Below, piece after piece: positions 51,761 through 64,000 of a DNA stretch of 64,000 nucleotides. How positions within the stretch are numbered: position 1 is the stretch's first letter; each line of letters starts with the position of its first letter. Source of the DNA: Octopus vulgaris. Taxonomy: Eukaryota. The DNA is taken from positions 16,120,001 to 16,184,000 of the forward strand of contig OX597838.1 of NCBI GenBank assembly GCA_951406725.2. Direction: 5' to 3'. The position numbers and the translations under genes are program-made. The notes below the pieces were generated by a model. It made no database searches, was not told the origin of the DNA, and saw only the letters and a list, made by a program, of their open reading frames with translations.

Positions 51761-53876
51761 ACTCATTATCAATATAAATTATACAGTTGCTTTGATATTT
51801 TGAAATTTATTTATTAAAAAAATATTCATATCTAGTTGACGATGATACTATTTTCATAGGTACATGTGTATGAGAAGGATACACATAGATACACGTGGGG
51901 GAGGGAAGGTGGCAAGGTGTATGTATGGTATGTTTTTTGCTTTTGTTTTTTACATTTTGTTTTGATGGAGTAAATTTTTTTCATTATGATTGAGGTTAAA
52001 GGTGTGTCTGTGTGGTCAGAAAGTTCACTGCCCACCCACATAGTCTGGGATTCAGTTCCTATGCATAGTGCCTTTGGTATCTTCTACCATAGCTCCTACC
52101 CAACCAAAAGCCTTGCAACTGGACCCGGTAGATGGAACCTAAAAGAAGCCAACTATATATGTGCAGGGAGACATCTACTTATCTTGACATTGCACAATGG
52201 TTAGAAATAAGTATCATCACCATACAAAGGGTGGCTTCTGTTTCCAACCTTATGCAAAAACATGTTTGGCCATGGGTGAAATATTACTTCGCTTGGGAAA
52301 AGATGAAGGTTGGCAACAAGAGAGGCATTTGACCAGAGAATATCTGCCCCAAGGAAAGTTAATCTAACCCTTAAAAGAATGGAGTAATTGATATTAAAAC
52401 AACAATAATGATTTTTAGCAATTTTTCCAGTGTATATAGATGTACTCACAAAATTTGGTAAGTGAATAGGGTTTTGGATAATGCCCTTAGGTGTTCAAAA
52501 TCGATTAAAATTTGAGCAGAGAAATATATTTATCCTAATTAATTACCACTTGTACTTGTAGTGACATTCACCTGGGGTGAGTTTAGCCAGCTTTGACTAA
52601 TGAGTTCACCACACTAGACAGTTGTAATGGATACCCTTTATTGATTTATCTTTTCTTGATTTCACTGCCAAAGACCATAGACTTGGGGGACCCAATTGAA
52701 CTCAAGACCTCAACACATACAATTCAATCAATCTATTAAATTGTTTGTAATGTTACCTGTGATAGACGGATAACACAGGCTAATGCAATGAAATGAAACC
52801 AGAGCTAAGCATGCTTAAATAGCCATTCATTCACACCTCAAAAGCATTCTTCATGAAAATTCCTGAGTTCATCAGAATAGCAATGTAAATTGAGCCAGTT
52901 TAAATGGAAAATTCAAATCTAGCCAGCAAATAATATATTTATGTCACCAGAACTAATTATATGAAGGAATATCATCAAAGAACAGCAAAATTTGTTCTTG
53001 TTTTGTTTGTTTTTTAAAGTTATATACTTCTTGGAAATTATTCTATTTCTTCAAAAAATGAGGATTAATCAATTCTATGTAAATGGAATAAAAAGATTTA
53101 ATTAGTTTTAAAAACTCAAATTAAATTAATGAACTTAATAAAATCAATTAGAAATTTAGATAAAAATTTAAAGTGATCAATAGAATTTGTATATATTTTT
53201 TATGTATTGTTAGTAAAATTAATTAAAACTTGTTACAAACAGAAAAATAAAAACACAATAAATTTATTATATGAATGAAATAAAAAGTAATGTTTAAAAA
53301 ATATATTAACATAAATTAAGTTAATAAAATTTGAATAAAAATTAATCAATCAAATTGAAAAAATAAACATTGAATAGAAATTTTCAGTTTTAATCTTGAT
53401 TAATAAATTAAACTTATTAAAATATTTTTATCAAAAAATTGTAAAAATTAAAACTGTTTAGATACAATAAGAGAATAAATTAGAGGAAAAAAAAAAAAGA
53501 AAAAAGCCAACCTCCCTCTTTCTAAAAGCAAAAATCAACATAATTAGATTCATAATAAAAAAAAATAGAAAATTTTAATGGTGACTTATATAGAAAGAAA
53601 CTTCAGATAGATAAAAGAAAGAGGGTGGGGCTGGGTGCTGTACTGTTCCTATCACTCCAAATGGTAGAAATAATATAGGGGCTAAAATATCTAAAACTTC
53701 ATGAACACACCTCATCAAGGATCCAATCCCTCCTGAATCTAATGTGTGCTAAAGTCGATTTATGAATAATTCTTTCTATCATAGAAAAGGTTTAAATTTC
53801 AAAAATAGGTTGTAAAGATAAACATCCTACACACACATATATTGTGACAGCATGTATGTATATGTGCATATATATA

Positions 53877-53926
<50 letters not shown>

Positions 53927-55298
53927 CGTATATTGGTCTTGACAATGAACATTCAAATTGTTCGCTCAACTAACCTGTCTACTCATAAAATTAACATATA
54001 AGTGGTTGTGTACTCCACAGATACATGTACAATCTATCAAACTGGCTTCCACACAGTTTCCATCCACCAAATTTCACTCACAAGGCTTGAATCATCCTAA
54101 GGTTATGGTAAAAAGACACTTGCTCAAAATGCCAGACAATGAGATTGAACTCAGACCCTCATAGTTTCAAAACTAACTTCTTAATCACTCAACCACGCTA
54201 CCATCTTTCCATACAAATACACACAGAAACATTCATAATTATTCTTGTATATATATATATATATATATATATCTTCAAACATATGCACATAGATATAGAC
54301 ACATATCAGTGGCAAAGTATTCCTCATGAAGAATAACAGACACAATCCATTGAAAAGGCTTCCATACAGTTTCTACCTGACCAACTTTTTTTTATTTTTA
54401 TTTTTTTAATTATTTTTAAAGTCATGATGATGATGTCAATGAAATCTTTAAATTTTAAATACAATAGCAGCAACAGCAGTGATATTGCGGTGGAGGGGGA
54501 AAGGAAGAGCAGTGAATCAACAGCAACAACATTAATGATAATTAAAAGATAATTATAGCAATAATTAAAGCAACAATCGTACAACAGATGGAACATGCAA
54601 ATTGCCATTGGTACAGTATGTATATGCCTGTGAAGTGACACATGGTGTGCATTAATCTTTTCTAAGTTGCAAAGAGCTATAAACTGACAGTTCCACCCAC
54701 CCATCCATCTTAAAATGCCACTTTCATGTATACATTTTACAAAATAAATAAAAATAAATAAATAAAAATATAAAATTAAGGCAAATCTTGAAACAAGATA
54801 AATAAAAAAATTAAATTATACAAATGTGAACAAAAATAAACAAAACAATGCAAAAAAAAAACATTGAACATTTGATATAAAATATATATCTAACACATAT
54901 GACAAGTAGCAAAAATTAGGCACATGATAACTTGACAGATGTGTGTACATATATGAGAGTATGTGTTGTATGTAAATATATAAATAGGACAACCAGAGGC
55001 AAGAGACAAAAGAGACAAGAACCATTGGTTTTCAAAATAATCCCAGACTTAAAGAATTTGGCTCATCAAAGTACATATTAATGACTTGCATGTATAGTTT
55101 TTAAAAAAAAATATTATTTTTGTGTAGTTTAAAAAAACATCATAATTTAACATCCATCTTCCATCCTAGCATGAATATGAGGGTTTGAAGGATACAACAA
55201 ACTGCAGGACTGCATCGAGTTCTAATGCCTGTTCTGATATGGTTTCTATGGCTGAATGCTCTTCCTAATGCCAATCGCTTTACTGAGTGTAAAGAATA

Positions 55299-55698
55299 TC
55301 TTTATATATAAAAGTCAAGTTGTGTGTCTGTCTCCTACGATTTAGATTCCTAACTACTCCCACATTTTGCGGTGCAGTTTAACCAAAACCGGGTATCTTA
55401 TAGCGTGATTCATATTGAGCCCTTCTGGGTATTAGCGCGCGTATACGATGAGTCTACGATTTAAAAAAAAATCTACCATAATTTTTTTTCCATTTTAATG
55501 CATTTTTTTTCGCTATTATATAAGGGAAGTAACTCTCTAAAAATGTCTACGATGAGACAACGATTTTTTAAAAATTTACCATAATTTTTTTTCCATTTTT
55601 AATGCATTTTTTTTGCTATTTTTTGGCTATAACTCTCTAAAAATGCTTATATAGTTATTTCCCTTACAAACCCGAGCAACGCCAGGCGATACTGCTAG
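55299..55698 (+). mobile_element. non-autonomous Helitron
   Basis: 5' TC after A, 3' GC-rich hairpin remnant (cccgagcaacgccagg) then CTAG before T, no TSD; internal tandem duplication. Confidence 0.8.
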
Positions 55699-57066
55699 TT
55701 ATAAATGAAAATAAAATTGAACACTAAAACAAGCCCAGTTACTAAATTTGCAATTAAGTTAGAATACTGAAAGTTGAATATTGAAAAATCCAAGCGATTC
55801 AATATTATCTCTATTACACCCCTGATATCCTTTAAAATATATTATTTATATGATACACTTTAGAAAATATTATTTATTTTTCTACTTCTGGACTTTCTAA
55901 CATCAAGCTTTCTCTTAAAGCTTGTGACCGTTTCCATTTCCGACTAACAAAATTTTCTCAGATAATTGAAATTCTCATATTGTTTAAATACTTTCCAAAT
56001 GTTTTTTATTGGAACTTTTCATAAATTCCTTTACAGGGTTTAGCCCTAGAAACAAGTTTTTTGTTTGTTTATTTTTTAAGGCTAGTCACAAGAAAGAGTA
56101 GTGCATGAATCTAAGAGGAAAGAGATATTGCTGCTGTTTACTTCCAGGTAATCTTTGATGAGGAAGATGTATGATCAAAGATGTTACAGATGTGACGATC
56201 CCATTATTTTCTATACATTGTCCAATGAAACCTTTTTTTTGTTTTTTCAAATAGCATGATGTGCTTTGAGAGAAATCTAGTAGCTATTTCTAGTAAATTG
56301 AATAACTGTGAAGAAGCTCCCTTGGCCCCAAAAAAGACTGAAGAATTTTATAGTGGTATACTTTGAAATAAAATGGATTAAAGTTTTGGTTAAAACAGGG
56401 TTTTATCACATGACCTACAAGTACAAATTGTGAATTTTTTTTTTTGTCTCAGATATAATCAGTCATTTCCTTCCAAGAATTTTACTGAGAAAGCAAATAC
56501 TTTCTGCAAAGATTTTAACATTAATTTTTAATTTTTCAATGAATCTTTCTTCAAGAGTATTAGTATTTATCTGACACCACCCACCCCCACTTTTTTTTAT
56601 AGGACTCCTAAACTTTAACATCTAAATTTTCCAACAAACCATAGACAACCCACTCCATAGGCATATTTCAGATATACTAACCTTGCTTACCTTAAATTTG
56701 TGCCACACAATTCAAATACAGGGTTGGTTTAATCAGCTATAACCTCCACCAAAATATCTAGCTTTGTGTTAATCTTAGAAATCCACATTTAGCATAAATA
56801 AGTAAAATTAGTTTTCATTAAAAAATATTTCTGTTTTAGCCCCATCGCTTTTTCATTCAATAAATCTAACAAAAAAAAATTATCATTAATCTGGATTAAA
56901 TAAATATGTCTATAGAATAAATAACTTTGTCTCCTTTCTTCACAGCATAAACAAGTCATTAAAAGGAATTCATAAACCAAAGATTTCTAATATCTGTGAT
57001 TATTAAAAAAAAATAATGTAATAATTTTGTCTTTATACCAATGTTTGTACTCCGTGAGTACGTGTG

Positions 57067-57102
<36 letters not shown>

Positions 57103-57447
57103 ATATAATATAATATATATATATTTATACACACACACACGCAGACATATATATATATATATATATATATTCATACATACACACACACACCATACATTAA
57201 TACCCACACAGATACAGCATGCTGGGAACAAGTGACCATAATATATCTAGCGGCAGTGGGAAGGTAGGAAGGAAGGAAGAGAAAAAGAAAATAGTTTACA
57301 AAAGAAAAAAAAAAAGAAATATAAATAAATATATATATATAGATATGGAAAAAAAATAATTAAAAAAAAAAAACATTTTTTGAAATTAAAATGAAATATA
57401 TATATATTTAATAATAGCTTGGCCGCTGGGAGGAAACTATGACAGAC

Positions 57448-57588
57448 CTGGATGGGATGAGATTGTAAAAGTTAAAGTAAGTCTGGTTGCCACAGGCGGC
57501 CAGGCAGTGAAAGAAGTCCTGTTTGGCCTCAGGTGTCTCGGGTGATAGATCCTCATTATATATCTGTCGCATGAGCTCCAACCGTTGT
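57448..57588 (-). CDS. unc-104: unc-104/KIF1 exon (141 nt, phase 2-2), internally duplicated RQRLELMR exon, probably alternative
   Basis: Acceptor ttcatcttgtag|, donor AG|gtctgt. Encodes (R)QRLELMRQIYNEDLSPETPEAKQDFFHCLAACGNQTYFNFYNLIPS(R). The N-terminus is paralogous to the exon at 46030-46167. Confidence 0.85.
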
Positions 57589-58986
57589 CTACAAGATGAA
57601 ACAAGTTCGTTAGACGTTAATAGGTTACACACAACGATTTTTTTTTTTTTTTTTAAGTAGGATTAGGTTTTTAGCGTTTCACACAGACCATCAAACAATT
57701 TTACTTTTTTAGCTTTTGTCATTAAGTTTATGTTGTTGTTGTTGTTGTTGTTTGAGGGTGGGGAGCTGATGGGAAGGAAGTTAGGAAGGGAGAGAGGCAG
57801 GGTAATGAACTACGGAAGCTAACGGGGAGAGAACAAATTCCAGTAATAATTATGGCATTAGAAGTAGAGCTGATGATAAAATGCTGTTGCAAGATATGAA
57901 GGACTCTTTACTTAACAGATTGTGCAACTAAAACCATTTAGGATTTCAACTTTCTTATATTTCTCTTATTTTCTCTTGCCTTTTACATCTTTCTTGCCTG
58001 CCTGCCTGCCTGCCTGTAAGTCTTATTTTCCTTCATCTTAAATCCCCATCTATAGATGATGAAACAATCCGTTTCTTTAAATTTAAAAAAAAAAAAAAAA
58101 GAAAAGAAAAATGGTGCAGAAATTGCGTGTGTGCATGTGTGTTAGCATGGTCTATGTAGGAACTGTTTTTATCTTGTCAGTTCTACAAGAATTATCTGTT
58201 GAGTCAACAACCAAGCCGCCTGCCTATGGGACTCAGATACACAAGGTACTGAATACAATCATCATCATCCTCATCATTATCGTCATCATCCTCATCACCA
58301 TTATCATCACCACCACCACCACCACCACCACCACCACCACCACCACCACCACCATCATCATCACCAACACCACCATCATCACCACCACCACCATCACCAC
58401 CACTACCATCATCACCACCATCATCACCATCATCATCATCAACACCACCATCATCAACATCCTCCTCCATTCCTCAACTAGAGTGCCATTTGTAGCACTG
58501 CACTATCTGACAGAACAAAATTTCCAGTTTTCCAAGTGTCCAGTCTTCAATTACAAATTTGCTATCCTTTATTTTCATGCACACAGATAATAAAATGGTC
58601 AGTTAGATAACATATTACATTGCCAATTCAAATACTGCAAGTTCAAACCCAACACAAGGTATTCTCTCTCTCTTTCTCTCTCTCTCTCTCGCTCACACCA
58701 TCTCTCAGAGCATTTTAATTCTTACACTGCTCTATCAGCAAATCAACTAATTATTAATTACTTGTCAATAATCACAGCTAACACAGATCCTTAATTAGGT
58801 TTCTTGGATGCTCAAATTTATCCTATCATACAATAAGGTGATATAGCTTTTGGGAGTGTTACTAATTACAAAAAAAAAAATAGAAAAAAATTGATAATAC
58901 CCTAAGAGCAGGGGTAGGAATATCTTTTATCCATGTGATATCTGGAAGCAAGCACTAATTTTATAGATAGCTCAGAGAAGAGAGAA

Positions 58987-59020
<34 letters not shown>

Positions 59021-59454
59021 TGTGTGTGTGTGTGTAAAAGATTTATCAGTTCTTAAAACCACCATCCCCATTGATATTATATGATCCTGACAACGACCCA
59101 TGATGTCCATTGGGCAGTTCTATTTAGTTTTAAGTAGTAACCAATGTGAGATATTATTGTTTAACTCCAAGTATACCCTATTCAAGTAGACCTATGATTG
59201 TATAGGTAAATCTATGCTTTGTTGAGGAGGTCTAAGAATACAAAAACATGTACAGAGTTACCTCTCATACTTGCAGAAATGATTAAAATAACATTAAGTC
59301 ATTAAGCTCAGGTCTTTTTCTCATATGTTATTTCTAGCTAGAATTCCTTTTAATACAGATATATTTGAGAAGACTTGTCAAGCCAAGTGAAATCATAGTC
59401 ATGGCCAATGCCAGGGTCATGTAACTGACACATAAAAAGCACCATATGTACTTT

Positions 59455-59915
59455 GGGCCTCACAGATATTAAGCGACTAGAATCCTTCAATCACCTCTGT
59501 CTACGCCGCATCCTTCGTGTACGATGGCATCACTTTGTCTACAACAATTCGGTGCGACACCAGTGCAAAATCACCTCCCTCCGACAAGTCATCCTAATGA
59601 GATGTCTGTGTCATGCCCTCCATCGTCAACCAGGAGAATTCATCCACAAAGCAATTGCCCCAGCTCCCCTTCAGGGTTGGCGAAAGCGATGTGGTGGACA
59701 ACGAAAAACCTGGCCGATGACAGTCAAGGCTGGTCTGGAACCCAACCTAGGCTCCCATGTCTATGGCATTCGCCACTGGAATAGGGAGTGGTTGGAGATC
59801 ACATGGTTGTTAGCCTCAAATCTCCAGGCTGGTCGGTGTTTGTGAGAGATGCAGCATTGAGGATGAATGAAGCCAGCTCAACCCACCCCGGGTGAATGCT
59901 GTCTCAAGACAAGAA
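59455..59915 (+). mobile_element. RTE-clade LINE 3' fragment nested in a family-A repeat (about 59365-60192)
   Basis: ORF 59453-59845: RLESFNHLCLRRILRVRW...GWRKRCGGQRKTW, a typical RTE C-terminus; short caag-repeat tail. Confidence 0.85.
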
Positions 59916-62900
59916 GAGAGGCAGTGACAAGTGACTGAGACCTTTGGCAATATACCATGCTTGAGAAAACCTGTCAATCTAAGTCATGGCTGATGCCAGT
60001 GTTTCATAATTGTCATGTAAAAAAGCACCCACTACACTCTTGGAGTGGTTGGCATTAGGAAGGGCATCTAGCTGTAGAAACCATGTCAAATCAGATTGAA
60101 ACCAGGTGTAGCTCCCCAGCTTACCAGTTTTCAGTCAAACTGTCCAACCCATACCAACATGGAGAATGGATGTTAGATGATAATGATGATGATATTTATT
60201 TGACTGGCAGAATTGTTAACACGCCGGGCGAAATGCGTAGCCATATATCGTCTGCCATTACGTCCTGAGTTCAAATTCCACAGAGGTTGACTTTGCCTTT
60301 CATCCTTTCGGAGTCGATAAATTAAGTACCAGTTACGCACTGGGGTCGATGTAAACCACTTAATCCGTTTGTCTGCCCTTGTTTGTCCCCTCTATGTTTA
60401 GCCCCTTGTGGGTAGTAAAGAAATATATTTGAATATAATACACATTCATGTAATGTGCATCACTAACTATGGATTTTAAAATCTAAAGCATTTCATGTAT
60501 ATGCACTGACTTTTCTCACTGATAATACGATGTGTAGAAAACAAAAAAAATGTTTAGCCAGATTTATTATAACTTCTGACTGAAATACATTTAGTAAGTC
60601 AACACATCATAAGAAAAACTAAACTTGAAAGCGACCTTTGAACTTTATTAGTGACGGCTGTAAACGTGAACTTGCTGTGAAGTCAACCTACGGAAACTCA
60701 ACTAATACGGATAGATATAAAAGACAAAATGCAGAATGTAAACACTTTCGTTATACTTCTGTTTAAAATCATTTCATTATAGAACATTTTCAGAAGAAAC
60801 ATCTATAGCGACACTTTATTATATTATCACAATATTTCAAGAAGAGATGTTATTTGCTTCAGTTTATGTTCATATTTCAATAATGATAGCATTTATGTAT
60901 GACTCTCATTGATTATCTAATAAATCGCATTTTATAATAATCTATTTTTGCTGGTAAAATCATTACATTCTGGCCTTCTATACTGAAAGTTGGCAGCAAC
61001 AATTCCACCAAACCATGTCTGACGGATGTGCAAAACATTTTAATATATTGATTTCAAATTTTGGCAGAAGGCCAGCAATTTCAGGGGAGTGGGTACGTCG
61101 ATTACATTGACCCCAGTACTAAACTGGTACCTATTTTATCGACCCCAGAAGGATGAAAGGCAAAGTCAACCTCAGCAGAATTTGAACTTAGAAAATAAAG
61201 ACTGACAAAATGCAGCTATTTTATTCAGTTGGACCCCTCCCCCCCCATATTAAAAAAAAATCCTATTATATTTTTATAATTAAATATTATGAAGAACAGC
61301 ACCCCATCGGTTAAAATAACAAGGGTCCCAGTTGATCCAATCAATGGAATGACCTGCTCATGAAATTAACGTGCAAGTGGCTGAGCACTCCACAGACACA
61401 TGTACTCTTAACATAGTTAAGAGTACTGGGAGATTCAGTGTAACACAGAGACATGGCTGGCCCTATGAAATACAAGTACTACTCATTTTTGCCAGCTGAG
61501 TGGACTGCAGCAATATGAAATAAAGTGTCTAGCTTAAGGACACAACACACCACTGGGAATTGAACTCATGACTTTACGATAGTGAACCAAATATGCCTAA
61601 CCACTAAACCACATGTCTTTATTGGAATTATATATAAAAAATTAGTAAAATATTTTATGTATTGTAGAATTTATTGTTCATAAATTTTAGCGACAAAATC
61701 TTATATGAACTCCTATGGGTCATATTGACCCCCAAAGGATCATATCGACCCTGGTTGAGAACCGCTGAAGTAGAGTCATGGCATAGAGTAGTTAGTTATA
61801 TGGACATAAGTGTAAGCAGTCAAAACACCTTGTAACCGTTTTTACTCCAGCTTATTTTTAGATGATTGATATTGTTCTCACCATATTTTTGCTGAAGTAT
61901 GTTGCTTTTGTTTCAAATCATCATCATCGTTTAACGTCTGTTTTTCCATGCTAGCATGGGTTGGACGGTTCAACTGGGGTCTGGGAAGCCAGAAGGCTGC
62001 GCCAGGCCCAGTCTGATCTGGCAGTGTTTCTACAGCTGGATGCCCTTCCTAACGCCAACCACTCTGTGAGTGTAGTGGGTGTTTTTTACGTGCCACCTGC
62101 ACAGGTGCCAGACGAGGCTGTCAAACGGCCACGATCGGATGGTGCATTTTACGTGCCACCTGCACGGAGGCCAGTCGGGGCGGCGCTGGCGACGGCCATG
62201 ATTGGATGGTTCTCTTATGTGCCACCGGCACTGGTATCACAGCTACAATTTCCATTGATGTTGCTGTGATACCAGTGCCGGTTTGAAAATAATGAAGTAT
62301 TCAGTAAAATAACTTTGTTAAGTTGCTGCTTGGAACATAAACTATCATGATGGAAGGTTTTAAATTAGATCACTTCAAAACAGGAAGTCTGCATCATAGA
62401 ACTTCAGGTGGTCTATAGCATGGTGGCATCAAAGGGGCTAAATAAAAATTGACACGTTGGATAATGTAGTTTAGGATGTCCCCACAAAAACGAGATGGTC
62501 ATGGTTGGAATGCATTCGATCAAAGGTTTGTCCAATTGACCTGGAGGTGGAGTGGTGGGTAGGCTACAGAAGAGTTATTATATCACACATGTGGGAGGGA
62601 GAAAATGGGACATAATGAGAAGGCTTCCTTAACTTGAATAACCTTCTATACACATATAGAAGTGAGAAAGAGAGACATTTATTTTATTTTCTATTACATG
62701 TACAGAAATGAGAAAGAGAGAGAAACTTTTTTTATCTTGGATAATGGATTCTCATTCACTTTACTATCACTCACACACTCCTAGATTAACGAGTAAATCT
62801 CCAAATGGCTGGGAAAGTGAATAATGTATCCCTCATTTGCATAATACTATAAAACTCAGAAAGAAGACTCCAGACTGGGGGATCATTTGGGATGCATTAA

Positions 62901-64000
62901 GTGGTTTCAGAGACTGCAATCTTCATGACAAACTGAATACTAAATACATACAGACATGTTAAAACCTCAGATTTGAAGAAGAGAATAGAAAAGCTATTTC
63001 AATATCAAAGAATATCATCACCAGTAATTTTAATACTACTGATATTATGCATGGATCAGACAGGATTCCTTGAGGCAGATATTCTATGGCCAGATGCCCT
63101 TCCTGTCACTAACCCTCATCTGTTTCCAAGGAAGGTGATATTTTTTTCATGGCTGGACATGTTTTCATGGAAGATTGGAATGAACAACTCCACTTGTATG
63201 ACAGTGACACTCATTTTTCAATTTTACAATGACCACACATGGTCAAATCTAGGAGACACAAATACACAACATCATCATCATCATCATCATCATTTAACGT
63301 CCGTTTTCCATGCTAGCATGGGTTGGACGGGAAATGTACAATATATAACCCATATGTCATCATCATCATTAGCGTCCGTTTTCCATGCTAGCATGGGTTG
63401 GATGGTTCAACTGGGGTCTGTGAAGCCAGAAGGCTGCATCAGGCCCAGTCTGATCTGGCAGTGTTTCTACGGCTGGATGCCCTTCCTAACGCCAACCACT
63501 CCGCGAGTGTAGTGAGTGTAGTGAGTGCTTCCTAACGCCAACCACTCCGCGAGTGTAGTGAGCTGGCAAACGGCCACAAACGGATGGTGCTTTTACGTGC
63601 CACCAGCACGGAAGCCAGTCGGGGCGGCACTGGCAACGGCCAAAATCAGATGGTTTGCTTAACCACAGCTGCAATTTCCATAATGATGGTAGTCTCTCAA
63701 AGCCCAAGAAAAACAGTTCTGCAACTCCTTGCTGAACAACCCGCACAAATGATTTGCTTATTAGTGATCAAATGTATGTGCTGTACACAAACTCCTTTAA
63801 TCAAATCAATGTTGTCTGAATAGGTCCATGGTGTACCACACGTCAGGTGTCAAAGTGATCACAGTGCAATGTGAGATGAAGTGTTTTGCTCAAGAACACA
63901 GTGCACCATCTGGTCCAGTAACTGAAACCACAATCTCGCAACAGTGCCATTCTTCCCTACGATACATCTTTATTTACCAATTTGGTCAAGGCAGAGAAAT

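Noticed and set aside
54600-54660. Microexon candidate (cacttcacag|gcatatacat...) with downstream TGCATG
   Set aside because: No frame-preserving GT donor found.
58500-58570. Minus-strand DWTLGKLE resembling the KIF1 YWTLEKLR exon
   Set aside because: Flanking residues do not match (no KNGATH), there is no phase-2 donor after KL, and a stop follows; the real exon must lie beyond 64000.
58111-58590. Thr/Gly/Asp-rich ORFs and the many YI/CV/ER ORFs across the window
   Set aside because: They are translations of (ACC/ATC)n, (AT)n, (AC)n and (AG)n microsatellites.

Overview
AT-rich, microsatellite- and SINE-dense animal genomic DNA; the repeat families look like Octopus/coleoid cephalopod (inference). 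The whole window lies inside one minus-strand gene, the kinesin-3 motor unc-104/KIF1A/B. I traced 14 exons with GT-AG boundaries and consistent phases from 57588 down to 3814. They encode the stalk/tail from [18 protein letters not shown] through [11 protein letters not shown] to GSPG; the motor/FHA exons lie beyond 64000 and the PH-domain exons before position 1. Extra frame-preserving exons are also visible: a duplicated RQRLELMR exon (counted among the 14), candidates of 66 nt and 42 nt (plus weaker 51 and 63 nt ones) in a 15.5-kb intron, and a 60-nt candidate near 900. The introns hold tRNA-derived SINEs, RTE fragments, hAT and piggyBac MITEs, a Helitron, a Tigger remnant, minisatellites, several long hairpins and several hammerhead-ribozyme-like motifs. 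One of these motifs sits in a palindromic, tRNA-headed element with an 18-bp TSD nested in a hAT MITE. Almost all other listed ORFs are artefacts of simple repeats or SINEs. There is no CRISPR array or prokaryotic gene system.
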